A stretch of 63,769 nt of DNA, filler included, from Choristocarpus tenellus KU-1152 (GCA_964200185.2; 14 parts of 14 records of this genome joined end to end with filler, not necessarily neighbours in it); one strand, 5' to 3'. Positions 12,658 through 24,904 are shown, counted from the whole stretch's first letter. Numbers and translations are program-made. Notes: generated by a model not told the origin, from the letters alone.

Positions 12658-15452
12658 TTCAGATGGCAAAAACTTAGGTGTGAGAATAGCGCAATAATGT
12701 ACACTCTAAACGTGGTTGTTGTAGTCGGTAGCATGTCCCCCCCCAAAAAATTATGTTGTTTGGTGGTGGAAGGTTGCGAGAGGTTTGAAGTTCTACACTC
12801 TCTATCCCTTGATGGTTTCTTTCATATTTTGCTGGATTTGCGGGGGAATAGGAAGGGGAGTGTGTTTATCTTAGGTCCAAATATGGATGGTTTCTATGTG
12901 ATGAACCTAGGTGTCCTAGGGAGGGGCGTGATTTGGTCATTTGACCATAAGGGACGGAGCTTGTAAAATATTGTACCTGATGCCCCATTTCTGTAGCGCA
13001 AATAAGGGTTGCTCCAGTCAGGAGTTTGTAGATATAGAAGGCGTGTTCATATGAAGGAAGTTGCTGTAATACTGATGGGAGGCATAAGTTCATATTTTAC
13101 CTTAGGGTTACTCGGATATGGCAAACAGTAAACTGTAGCTGTAGGTAGTAGTGGAACAACCAAATCAGATAGTCTAGAAACAACAAGGAATTGAGAAAAA
13201 AAAATGAATTCTGGCATAATGTAGGTAGGTTGGGTAATGGAGTAGGCCCATCTTTTTGTGAGATGGTCACTTGGTCAACAAATCAATGGGTAGCTAACTA
13301 CTGGTAGTCTTACCTGGAGGCCGGCACCTTGTGGAATAGAAGTCACTGCAAGCCAGGCAGTGAACAATAAATATTCCTGTCCATGGGAGCAATGTTGAGA
13401 TCAGGGTTGCGTCTGGGTTTGATAGTCCATTTACCCCCTCCCCCTTTCCCTCCCCCTCCAGCCTTCCCTTGTATGGGATTTTAGGGGTCTAACCATAGGA
13501 TGAAGATCTGTCTCCCCATTTTTCTTCAAGCGTGGCAAATTCAGTATCTCCTAGATCGACTTGGCTGTGGTGGGACAAATATTTTTTGAAGAGAAACATA
13601 GTGCGCACGTTGTAGTTATGAGCATAGGGTTTTGTTTGTGGAGAAGTCCCCGCCCTACCGACTGCCAAGTACCCTGCTATGTTCCTTTGCAGTGCCCAGC
13701 TTATGAATGCTTTCTTCATGAACAACACGCATTTCCCTTGTGCATGGGTCTCTCCTGGTGTGTATTGTTGCCTACATCAGCATGGATTTATGTCGGCAAT
13801 GGTGTCTGCTGTTCGATGCCAGTAGAAGTAGTACTTCTGAGGCGTTTCGATGTGGTCTACACCCATTGCTTGTGTGCCTTGAACTTGCATCTGTACCGCC
13901 TCTTTTTCGCTTCTAACCTTCATTGATTTTTAGTTTAATCTCTTTCAATCCATGCCATTCCTGCCACTCTATGCTGTCTGTGCACATGTTGCTATTCAGA
14001 ACGGAAATGCCATTGGGAATGAAGAAGAGAATGCCTACATTTTTCTCGTGCATTTTCTCCTTAAGGAGTTCGTTGTCCTTGGTAGTATTTGAGGCGACAA
14101 TTTTTTTCATTTTGAAGTTGTACACCACACGAAGACAACCAGGTATCGTTGAAGAACCATTCATGACAATCCTTCATGGGGAGGCAACAAAGGTATGAAG
14201 AAGTTTTGGCAAGCACCTAGTAATAGTGAGTGGTAGCTGTCACTGGTATTTTGCTCAAGTTTATCTTGTCAACGGAATAGCAGAGCAAAAACAGAAGTGG
14301 GAAATTATCCACATCGTGCAGAATCCTGGTCTGTACACCCTCTGCTCACACAGAATATTCCAACAGAAGCGTCCAAGTGAAAAGAAGAGGATTGACAGGG
14401 AGGGCATTGAATAACACGGATATGAGGTGTGTGAAGGAATTGCACATGCACTGTGAAATATCCAAAAAATGTGAGGGAAAAAACAAAATTATACCAGTGC
14501 TATGGTGTAGAGATCAATAAATCTCTGGGGCATCCATATTTACCCACTCAAAGGAAGACTAACGAAGGGCGTCACACTACCTATAGCAACACAGGGAAAT
14601 ACAAAAAAATTACCCAACGCTCTTCCTGTCTCTCCCAACCCTACTTGGTCTAAACATTTTCATGGTTATATTCCTTCCTCCACCACAGCCTTAACTTTTA
14701 CTAATGCATCGTTGTTCATTTTTATTTGTACGTAGGTGTAGTTAGGTTCATCTCTCTCCTCTTTCCAGCTGATGTGTTTGACGACTTGTCTACTTCTCCC
14801 TTGAAGATTCTTGTAATGTTCTTGATGTCGTCTAAACACTGCTACGTACTGACCATAGCAGCACTATCAGCAACTTGGTTACCCTTCCCATTTTCTTTTC
14901 CTTCTTACATCCTTCACACTCCTCAGTGTGGAATAGGAGGTGCTCCCTCCTGTACACTCCATCGAGGAACTCTATCTGCATCACCCATGGAACAGACCCA
15001 CTACTGCCCCCCCTTAACTTAAACTAGTCACATACAATAATAGCTGTATCTGGAGCTTGTTGCAAAAATCGTCGAAAGCTGTTCAGGGTGCTCACAACTT
15101 GTATCCCAATTCGGCCTAGCCAGGGGGAGTAGTAGTGTTCGATGTGTCCTGGGTTAGACCACATCATCAATAATCTGCATAGACCATCAAAACCGGTCTC
15201 TGCCTACCAATTCTCAGGTGGAAAACAGGGGGGGTTGCATCCCCCTAACTCGATGGTGGTTTCAAATTACTGGGTGCTACAGATGGTCCATTCCACCAAT
15301 AGTGGGGTAGTTAGGGATGGGCTGCCAACCACAGGCCTTGGGGACGTTACTGGTCGGTCAGAATTAACGTTTGATTCCATGAAGACATTGATCAATCACC
15401 TTGAACCCTCAGCCCAAACTCCAACTATCTTTTCTTTTATTTGGTCACCCTT

Positions 15453-15850
15453 TTTCCCCAATGGGGCCCTTCCGGGCCATTTTGGCCCCTCTCATCTACA
15501 AACTACATCAAACCAAGTAGTTGATGCCTGCTGTCCATCTATCTGTCTGTAAGTTACCGATACAAGTTCTTGTCTTCGAACGTAGGATTGCTCGCCCATA
15601 CTTCTCCCAAATATCAAAAATCCTAAGAAACATTGATCTCATTCGGACTTGTTCTTTGATTCCCTCTCACGTACGTATTGTATAAAACCAAGCGATTCCT
15701 GCCCTTACAAACTCTTACATACTATGTAGTAGCATCAAATTATTCCTGTGTGCCCATCCATTTATCTGTTTGTATGTGTCAAAATCGGCTCTATTGAGCT
15801 GTGTTTGGCGAGTTGTTTGGAGTTTGAGTCCGATCATTCATCTCACCGAT
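15453..15850 (+). repeat. Left arm of a long degenerate inverted repeat (partner 17520-17986)
   Basis: Blocks CCAATGGGGCC, CATACTTCTCCCAAATATCAAAAATCCT and GAGTTGTTTGGAGTTTGAGTCC match the reverse complement of 17986-17520 in the same order. Confidence 0.6.
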
Positions 15851-16369
15851 TCTTTCGGTCCGTCTCACGTACTAAAACGGAGGTACTGTCCAACCATCCG
15901 TGTCTCTGTGTACGTTACCATTACCAGCTCTCGTCCTCACACCTCATAGAAGTAATAGGTGTAGTTCGTACGTACGTCACATTTCGACGTAATGCCTTGA
16001 CTTCAACATAAGCTACCTCGCACTTAAAGTTGCAAGGAGGAGTCATGGCATACTTTCTCGTCTCCCCCTCTACCTCTCTCTGTCGTACACGTGCAACCTT
16101 TCATTAATTTGACCAGATAAAGCTAAGCGGACGTCTCTAACTACTTCTGCTTCAGAACAAAAAAAATCCCATTTTTTCCCAGTACAGTGTTGGCAGTCGA
16201 CTCTAGGATGAGACCAGTCTTGATTTTTTTTATGGGGTTGCCCAACGAGTTAAACAACAATGAGCATATCAAATGAAAGCTCTGGATCTAAGCTATCACT
16301 GGTGCAAAGGAATGTTTCCGGAATTTTTTTTGGTAAGGTAATTTTAGGTCGTGCTCAACTTATTATAAG

Positions 16370-16575
16370 CCGTGCCTTCCTGATGAGAGCAAGAGAGAAA
16401 GGCTAAACTAGGCAACACACCAGGTTACCGAGGGACTTGGAGGCTCAACGATATTCCACTCTTCCACAGCAAAAACGTTTTGCACCATTTCGAAGACTTC
16501 ATCCATATGGACAAGAAGTGGTTCTTCTTGTGCAAGGATGGACAGAAATACCACCTCTACGACGTCAAGAAGTCT
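16370..16575 (+). pseudogene. Mariner transposase fragment (first-D region)
   Basis: FEDFIHMDKKWFFLCKDGQKYHLYD is homologous to the VHVDEKWFY..KDGQ..YL block of the other mariner copies. Confidence 0.75.
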
Positions 16576-16705
16576 GTTGTCCACTATGACATCCAGGTGT
16601 CCCTTTTTTTCCTTTCCGAAGGCATGTATGATATAGGGTAGAGGGGAAGGCGAGAGCCGTTACTCATGATTATGAATGGACATATATATCTGCCAGCTGT
16701 TGTTG

Positions 16706-16928
16706 ATGTCTTGAAGATTGTTGTATCGTATTGACAACGACTGACAGTAAAGAAAATGCAAGTTTAATTGCTGAAACCTTATGAAAAAACAAGCTAGCTG
16801 CTTGTGTTCAGATTGATAAGGTAGAAAAAAAAATTTACTATGAGGCAAGCTATAGGCAAGCGAATGAATTTCGTTTAATGATAAAAGCTCTATCTGATAA
16901 CTATAAGCTGATTGAAGAATCAATAAAA
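16706..16928 (+). pseudogene. cutA: Bacterial cutA (divalent-cation tolerance protein) pseudogene, Rickettsiaceae-like, 3'-truncated
   Basis: Frame from 16713 reads [71 protein letters not shown], with the CutA LAACVQ and E.RL.IK motifs. One internal TGA and a frameshift just after the ATG. The ATG overlaps an upstream stop (TGATG). No introns; AT-rich. Confidence 0.85.
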
Positions 16929-16930
16929 TT

Positions 16931-17083
16931 CAAAAACATTCTATAGCACGTCTAATCGGCTCTCCTCCAGGGTATGTTGGCTACGATCAAGGAGGCGTTT
17001 TAACTAAATCCATCAGAAGAAGACCATATCAAATTATTCTGTTTGACGAAGTAGAGAAGGCCCATCCAGATATATTTAATATA
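16931..17083 (+). pseudogene. clpB: Bacterial clpB NBD2 fragment, alphaproteobacterial/Rickettsiales-like
   Basis: [51 protein letters not shown] contains the GYVG pore loop and Walker B. It is fused directly to the cutA piece and has no splice sites. Confidence 0.92.
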
Positions 17084-17373
17084 TCAACTATTATAAACGT
17101 TACTTATTATTCGTATTATCTATCTTAATATGCATGTTCTATATAAATAAAATGCATCAATACTTAACTAACAAGAATAGAGAAGAATATTTAAAAAAGA
17201 TTCTTAATTTTAAAACTGAGCTTCAACAGAAAGAGTGGGAAGTCAAATTTAGCAAAGAAAAGGATTTAGAAATAAATTTATTATTTATGAAGTCAGCTCA
17301 GACAATAACAGAGCAAAATGTAGCAAATTCAGAGGCCCGTGAAAGTGATGAAAAAAAAAATCATAGAGATTGA
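17083..17373 (+). pseudogene. AT-rich bacterial-style ORF fragment: TM helix followed by a Lys/Glu coiled coil
   Basis: Reads [56 protein letters not shown]..., with the same AT-rich codon style as the cutA and clpB pieces. Family not recognised. Confidence 0.45.
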
Positions 17374-17519
17374 ATAGATTTTAGGGAAATACTTCTTTAA
17401 ATGATATCGATGGAGAGGTTGATTGTGGAAGCAAATTCGAACATTCATCTCATACTTTGTTCCCTTGAAACTTCATTTTTCGACGGCAAATTAAGGTATT
17501 TAGGTGAGGGTACCAGTGA

Positions 17520-17986
17520 GGTGAAATAGGATGATAAGGTGTTTTAGGACTCAAATCCAAACAACTCACATCGAGATAACTCAATTCTATGGAGCTCGTA
17601 CTGTCACGTACACACAGACAGATAGGCAAACAGAAGAACGGACAGGTGGAAGGACATGAACTGTTTAGTTCTTACACACAATACATTGGTAAGGTCTTAC
17701 ATTTTCTAGGATTTCGATTTTGGAACAAGTAGGTTTGTGAAGCCAATAATTGGTTATAATAAGCATGTACGGAAGAGCGAGTCCTTGCACGGTTTTTCAT
17801 TTTCAGGATTTTTGAAACTTGGGACAAGTATGCAAGAGTACACAGATGGGCCTACACACGAGGATGAGTGCTGGTACTCGTAACATATACGTACAGACAA
17901 ACGGATGGAAGGACAGGAATTACTGGTTTTACATACTATGCATGAAAGAGGGATCCAAAAAGGACTGAGACGGCCCCATCGGAGAA
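17520..17986 (-). repeat. Right arm of the long degenerate inverted repeat (partner 15453-15850)
   Basis: The reverse complement starts TTCTCCGATGGGGCC... and follows the left arm block by block. Confidence 0.6.
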
Positions 17987-18355
17987 TACATAGGTCCCTC
18001 TGAGAGGGACCGGACCCCTCAGGAATTCGCATTGGACAGGGGAGGAGAGGAGGGAGTGTGGGGTAACTCCTTGCATCTTTGCGCATGAGGGAGAATTTTA
18101 TGTCAAAGCAAGATGGGATGTCCAAATCTGACCAGTACATTCAATTCTATAATATATGGAGTAGTAGGACTTTATACTGTCAGTCTAAGAAACAGAGGAT
18201 TCGCAAAATTGAGGATGGAGCGGGACTATGAGGATGGTTGTTTTGCGAAAACGCNNNNNNNNNNNNNNNNNNNNNNNNNNNNNNNNNNNNNNNNNNNNTT
18301 AATTAATTAANNNNNNNNNNNNNNNNNNNNNNNNNNNNNNNNNNNNNNNNNNNNG

Positions 18356-19160
18356 GACAGAGACAAGGGAGGGGACGAACACAAAGGAGGGGACGAAGAC
18401 GAGGGAGGGGACAGACTGCCAGACAGGGAGGATACGGGCGAGGGGGGTTCTGTCGACAGCGTTCCTGGTGTGGAAGAAGAACATAACGGTCATGGAGGGT
18501 GGAACGCAGGCGTTTGCTGTACTGAATGCAATCCTCCACCTACGTCTCGGTAAGCAATGTAGTTGTAATGGTGCACACGGGGATGGCAGGTAATTAATGG
18601 CGTAAGATTGGTTTTCATCCAATCCCCCGAACGGCTAGCTAAGTTGTCTTGCTTCAGCAGTGCATGCCATTGAACCGGTGGATCTTGCGGGGTCCCTCTG
18701 TGTGTGGCGCTGCAGTCGCTACCCCCACGTCTCTTTATTTGCCACAGCCTGATTGTGTGTTAATGCATGTATATCACCGACTGTTGTATCTCACCTGTAC
18801 TACTTCGTATTGTTTTGCGCCGCCAATTTCGTGGTCCTTCGTAGCCGTGGATCCCCGCGTTGCGTTGTTGCGCCCAATTAATGATTTGGAAAAATACTAT
18901 CCTGTCTATTTCACGCTCTCGTTCGATGACACGTGCGACAGGTATTCCTGCCCAAAGTGCTCCATCACGCATATGGGTGAATGTGCCAACGTGGAGATTG
19001 TGGGTGACGAGAGGCACAAGGATCGATTATGTATCAATTGCCCCATGGCACAGGAGGGCAGTGAAGGGGCTGGATTGGTGGGGAACGAAGCGGTGGGTCG
19101 GGGCAGGGGCAAGGGCAAGGGTAAGGGTCACGCAAGGAGCGCGGGCAGGTCACCCACCAG
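18356..19160 (+). CDS. Protein with acidic region and PHD-like zinc finger (exons ..18549, 18942..)
   Basis: The phase-2 splice CG|GTAAGC...GACAG|G gives CTEC-NPPPTSRYS-CPKC-SIT-H-MGE-C-x15-CINC, followed by a GK/GR-rich tail. The 3' end is uncertain. Confidence 0.5.
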
Positions 19161-19510
19161 GCAAAGCCTTTTACGTCCCCCCTCACGCAGCGAACGGCGG
19201 ACATGGAGAAGTGCATGTGGGTCTCGGCGTGGTTGCACAATATACGGACACACAAGTCGTCTATGCGTGTTCGATTTTGCGTTGGTTTGCACGTGGGTCT
19301 TGGCTGCTTGTACATCATGTGGATTGCTCGTCCTTTGTGTGTTGGATATGACGTTTTTTTGGAGGTTTCCATGGGCCATGGAACTTAATGTTTTGATGTC
19401 TCCCCTCCTTCCACGAGATTATGAAAAAGAGAGCTACTCTGATAGAGTATTTTGCTTTATTTGGTATGGATTTGCTTATTAGCCGAGTGAGCACTATCCT
19501 CAAGGTGGGG

Positions 19511-22303
19511 TGTTGCTCTCCCTTGTTATCTAGTTCATTCGTCATCAAACACGTCAGAAATATGTTTAAATATGTTTGTGACAGTTACACTACGTCAGTC
19601 ACTTATAAGTTCAAGTTACACTACGTCAGATAAGTTCAAGTTACATTACTTCATTCACGTTTATACTATAAGCCATATAGACTACTAGTCTATATTGCAC
19701 ACTCCCCCATGAGCGTGCAGCAAAGTTGCTGNNNNNNNNNNCACACTTGACGTGAAAGCACAGAATGCACAAAATCAGAAGTAAGACTCTTCCACAAAGA
19801 CTTAGTCAAAATGTCAGCTAACTGTCTTGACGTTGGAACATATTCTACATGAAATATTCCTTGATCTACATACTCTCTTGTACACTATAACTTTATGTCC
19901 ACATGCTTGGTCCTTCCATTGAATCCTGTGATGCTGCTCGCTTGAATAGCACCACGATTATCACAGAACCAGGGAATCTGTTTCTGTAATATACCAATCT
20001 CTCCCAGAATGCCTTGAAGGAAAATGCAGTGGCGCATTCCATATGCCATTGCTCTCCACTCTGCCTCCGAGCTGGAGAGGGTGACAGCACCTTGAAGCTT
20101 ATAGCGCCAGGCGATCGGTGATCCGTTGAACAGGATTATGAACCCTGTAACACTCCTGCGTGTTTGTTGGTCTGTACCCCAGTCAGAATCTCCGTACCCA
20201 ACCAGGAGTTCTTCATCTCTCTCGTTCATATCTTTGTTCCCTCGATCATAGTGAATGCAGACATCCAATGTCCCTGCTACGTAGCGCAGAACATGCTGTA
20301 GTCCGCGCCAGTGTCGGATACATGGAGATGCTGCTCTACGCCCCAGTTCACGAACACTATTAGCCCGGTCTGGTCGAGTCATGCCTGCTAAGAACATGAG
20401 TTTCCCAAGAATACTGGCATAGGGGTATATGATGGGATCTAGTTCCTCCTCATGATCTTGTCTGGCAGAGAGGTCCATGCCGGGGCCCAGTGGTGTAAAT
20501 CTTTCCCGTACTTCCATAGAGCCCATCCCGGCCACGACAATACTTTCTGCATATAGTTGTTGGTCCAGAGTGATGTCATCTTCACCCACAGTGATGCTCA
20601 CTCCAATCAGCTTGTCTGGCATACCTAGGTCTCGTCCTTCGTACTTTAATAGTAGTGATGCCCTCATCCTTTGGATCTCTTCTGTGAAGTCTCCAGTGGT
20701 GGCAGTGTCGTCCACGTAGGTAGTGAGGATTACAATGCGTCCATCTTCACTTTTCTTGAAGTAGAGACACTCGTCGTGTTGACTACTTGTCCATCCTTCT
20801 GCGAGAATAGTGCCCCTTAATTCATGAAACCATTCCATGGCTGACTGCTTCATCCCATAGATTGCTTTCTCAGCCTTAACGATGCGGCTGTCTGGAAGCT
20901 CCAACCAGATTTCCTCCTGCAGATCTGCGTTGAGGTAGGTCTGTGTGAAATCTTGGGATTCAATGTTCCAACCTTTGTACGTTGCAACTGATATGACACA
21001 TCGTAGTGTGTCGTATCCCACTACTGGGCTGAAGGTTTCAAAGAAATCTACTCCTGCATTTTGGATAAACCCACGTGCCACTAGTCTTGACTTATATCGT
21101 TCTACTGTCCCATCTGCAGAATACTTGATTTTGAAAACAAATCGTGTCTTGATTGCCTCCCTTCCTTGGGGCAGGGCTTTGTCACTAAATGTCCCCTTCT
21201 GCCAAAGTCCTGCCATTTCCTTCTCCATGGCTTCCTGCCATTGATCTGCATCTGGCCCATTCAAGGCTGCCTTTGGTGTAGATGGTTCTTCTGGACCTGC
21301 TGTTACTTCCCCATGAGACCCATAAGGCAGTACACTTCTTCGTTGTTCTGCTGCATAAGGGTTGATACGAAGTGGTTCATTTCCATTTCCTCATCCTCTT
21401 CCTGGGCACACATTTGGCATGTGTGGGCCATCCGCCGGCGCTGCTCTAGCCTGGCAGATTCCCGCCCCTCAGAGTGTAGGGTCAAGCGCTTGGTTACCAT
21501 TTGTGCAGCCCTATCCATGCGTTGGCGTTGTCCCATCCTGGGAATTTCTTGACTGTGTGGGGAAGCTGGGTGCTTTGCATTTTGAGTCCCACGTCCAATA
21601 TTTGGGTTCTCATCCCCAGTCATGTCTGCCTCACTCCCTGCTGTGGAAGCCTCTTCTTCGTCTTGTGTATCCATGTTCATGTCTACATCAAATTCTGGCT
21701 CCCCCAGTATGTCTAGCTCTGGCTCCCCCACTAACTCCAGCAGTTTGTCTTCAGGCTGGAAAGTCACTTGAGCTGAGGTCATTAGCTTACCCTCCTGTGG
21801 GATCCACACGTGCCAGCACAGTGACGTTCTGTCATGTCCAATAAGGATTCCCCGCTTCGCATATGGGTGGAACTTGGCATTAGTGCCGCGCTGCTGCTTG
21901 GTCTGGTGTACAAAACACACTCTGTCCCAAATACTCGAAGCCGCTTGTAATTAAAGGGTATGCTGTTCAGGCGCTCATATGGCGTCTCGCCTCCCAAGTA
22001 CTCGTGCGGCATTCCAGTGGTCTTGAATGTGGCGTCTGCCACTTCAAAGAACCAGAATTCCTCCCCCATTCCAGCTTGAATCAACTGACTGCGAGCAGCT
22101 TGCATGATCTCTTTGATTGCCCGCTCAGCAATACTGTTGCTCTCGGGCGTGCGTGATGGGCTCTTACGCCATTTCACGCCTCGCTCTGACAGGATGTGTT
22201 GGAACTTTGTACTCCTTCCAAATTCTCCAGCACCATCCCCACTGATGCATCTCACTACCACCCCATCCCAAGCCAGTTCATCTAGAGAGAAACTATCTTA
22301 GAG
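19511..22303 (-). mobile_element. Ty1/copia LTR retrotransposon, 3' part (integrase-RT-RNase H, PPT, 3' LTR), inactivated
   Basis: IN-RT-RH order. Integrase SGDGAGEF...SRTPESNSIAER (21782-22261) frameshifts into the SH3-like KRGILIGH block, with a stop near 21303. PPT GGGGGAG at 19708-19702 is followed by an LTR starting TGTGCAATA at 19701. The far LTR end (~19511-19577) is uncertain. Confidence 0.95.
19885..21264 (-). pseudogene. Copia reverse transcriptase-RNase H ORF
   Basis: Motifs RYKSRLVARGF, KAIYGMKQS, YVDD, GYGDSDW, AVTLSSSEAE, CDNRGAI and RTKHVDIK. A premature stop precedes ..EYVPTSRQLADILTKSL. Confidence 0.95.
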
Positions 22304-22694
22304 NNNNNNNNNNNNNNNNNNNNNNNNNNNNNNNNNNNNNNNNNNNNTTAATTAATTAANNNNNNNNNNNNNNNNNNNNNNNNNNNNNNNNNNNNNNNNN
22401 NNNGGGGAGGGGGGGGGGGTAAAGAATTGTGTTGGTTGTATCTTTATGTGCACAGGTTGTTTGTGTAGACAATGCCTCCTTGAAATATTTTCATCTTTTA
22501 ATTTTATTTTTAATTTTATTTGAAGTGAAACATTTTTTTAATATCGAGTCGTTGACTCTACTGTAGATTTTTTTAAAAGTATGGAGGAGTAAATTGTATC
22601 AATATTTTTGTGGGTTTAAGAAAAAGTATGGTCAATTTTGTTTGAATATATAATTATGGGAGATGATGACATTTTATGATGTTGAAAAACGAAC

Positions 22695-23156
22695 TATTTA
22701 GCTATTTATTGCAAACCCTTTGTTAAATGGTATTTAACTATTTATTCCAAACCCTTTGTTAAATAGTATTTAACTATTTATTCCAAACCCTTTGTTAAAT
22801 AGTATTTAACTATTTATTGCAAACCCTTTATGAAATAGTATTTAACTATTTATTCCAAACCCTTTGTTAAATAGTATTTAACTATTTATTGCAAACCCTT
22901 TATGAAATAGTATTTAATTATTTATTCCAAACCCTTTGTTAAATAGTATTTAATTATTTATTGCAAACCCTTTGTTAAATAGTATTTAACTATTTATTGC
23001 AAACCCTTTATGAAACAGTATTTAATTATTTATTCCAAACCCTTTGTTAAATAGTATTTAATTATTTATTGCAAACCCTTTGTTAAATAGTATTTAATTA
23101 TTTATTCCAAACCCTTTGTTAAATAGTATTTAATTATTTATTCCAAACCCTTTGTT
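22695..23156. repeat. 36-bp minisatellite, ~13 head-to-tail copies
   Basis: Unit TATTTAACTATTTATT(C/G)CAAACCCTTT(GTT/ATG)AAATAG. No spacers; stops in all frames. Confidence 0.95.
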
Positions 23157-23525
23157 CGTGAAAAAAAAGAGCCGGCTGTGCTGTGTAGATAATCTATTCT
23201 TTGAAAAAAACAAGTTGCTTTTCATTCTTATGTTTATCAAGAAAAGAATTCGAGGTGTAGGAAATTTCTCATCTCTCATGTCCATGTAGTGGATGTGACC
23301 AGGGTAAGACTCATGTTTAAAGAAGGGATGCAGGAGTTATTCAAGTAGTGATGTGGACCAATCAGGAGTTTGCAGTCTCTTTTGAACAACGATACCTTCC
23401 TTGCAGACACACACAAACACTTACCGCCCTATGTGTTTTAGTATTGTGATGTGTGGTTTGATGGGTTTGGACTTGGTTGTGATGGTAGCGATGGACGTGT
23501 GGTGTTGGTGGTTCTTGATTGCATG

Positions 23526-23556
<31 letters not shown>

Positions 23557-24097
23557 AGCAATTTTGTTTTTAACCCTCCCCCCCCCCCCCCAATTAGTTG
23601 CAGTCCACCTACACCTATACTCTTTACTAAGAAGGGTCCAGTGTGGGATTGAAATTGAGATTTATCTGACCAATCAGCATGTATAGTGCTTCTTAATTGA
23701 CAGATTTATTTCTTTATTTTCTTTCTTGGGCTGAGTGTTGTGGGGGACAGCTATAAAGCTTTAAAAAAAATCATACCAATGGGTTACCCAAATGTAGGTT
23801 ACCTGATGATAGGGGCATTTCTGCTCATCACGCTCATTGTATATATAATACTATATTGTAGGGCTGTATGTGCTGACGGAGGCACTGAAAATGTTTCTCC
23901 TCCACTCCTGTCCCCTACTGTGCTGACTCTGTATGTACCATGCTTTTTTTACTTACATACACACCCCTACAATAAAACTATGTATATATATATATGTAAC
24001 TATGTATATATATGTAACTATGTATATATATAACTTTTTTGTGATTTTTGGAGATTTTTATTTTTTTGTTTCAATACCGATGTGCTTGTTTGAATAG

Positions 24098-24904
24098 GGA
24101 AAAATTTTTACGGAGGAGGAAGACGCCTTCCTGTTGAACATGATGCACCGATATGGGTATGGCAATTGGGAGATCATTCGAATGGAGATTCGCAAGGTGA
24201 GTTGATTTTTCTTTTTTTTTTGGGTTGGCAGGGTGGTTAACAGCAGGAGGCAAGACAAGACACCGTTTGTACAATATAGAGGTATACCTTTTGGGGGGCA
24301 GCTGTATGGGGAAGGGTTGATATTGTTGTCTTTTGGGGGCAGCTCCGGGAGGTATTTTAGTGTTATGTCAGGTGTTATGATAGGTGTTATGATAGGTAGT
24401 AAGTACTCTAGAGGTCCATATAATAAGCAGTACGTTGGGTTTGGTGTTGGGTTGGGTGTTGGGTTGGTCGTTGGATTGCAGAGTAGTGAGTCTCTGTTTT
24501 TTATTTTTAATTGGAGCAGTCTGATGTTATAGAACATTATCTGATGTCATCTGATCTTATCTGATGTCATCTGATGTTGAGCTGATGTCGTTCAGAGTGG
24601 TGGAATGAAATGGGAATGATTTTGGTGGGCAGTTAGTTTGGTATTTAATATATTTTAAGAAATGTTTGACAATTTTTTTTTTTGAAAATGTTACACGGTA
24701 AGTGATTTTTATTTTTTATTACACAAACAACCCCCCTGCCAATCCCCCTCTAACATTAGTTCAAGATAGCAAGAAGTGTGAACTCTTGTTTTTCTTGTTA
24801 GTATTGTTGTCATTGTTATTTTATTCTTGTTATTTATTATCATTTTTATTTGATTATGTTTCTTTTCTTTCTTTTTTTCTTTGGGGGGGGGGGGCAGGCG
24901 TGGC
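24098..24904 (+). CDS. ISWI: ISWI/SNF2H chromatin remodeler, SLIDE-domain exons (24098-24196; next exon starts 24898)
   Basis: A 99-nt exon GKIFTEEEDAFLLNMMHRYGYGNWEIIRMEIRK|GTGAGT. The next acceptor CAG|GCGTGGC encodes AW(Q), the expected start of AWQFRFDW. Confidence 0.9.

Noticed and set aside
13489-13917. Selenocysteine read-through at an in-frame TGA in ...INPC*CRQ... (minus strand)
   Set aside because: No recognisable selenoprotein fold or SECIS, and the exon structure is unresolved. A chance stop or an intron is more likely.
16931-17083. Plastid clpC insertion (NUPT) or exon of a nuclear ClpB/Hsp104
   Set aside because: The YDQGGVLT and PYQII residues, lack of splice sites and fusion to a bacterial cutA favour an alphaproteobacterial source. 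The alternative is not fully excluded without phylogeny.
22695-23156. CRISPR array (36-bp repeats)
   Set aside because: The units are head-to-tail with no unique spacers, there are no cas genes, and the context is eukaryotic.
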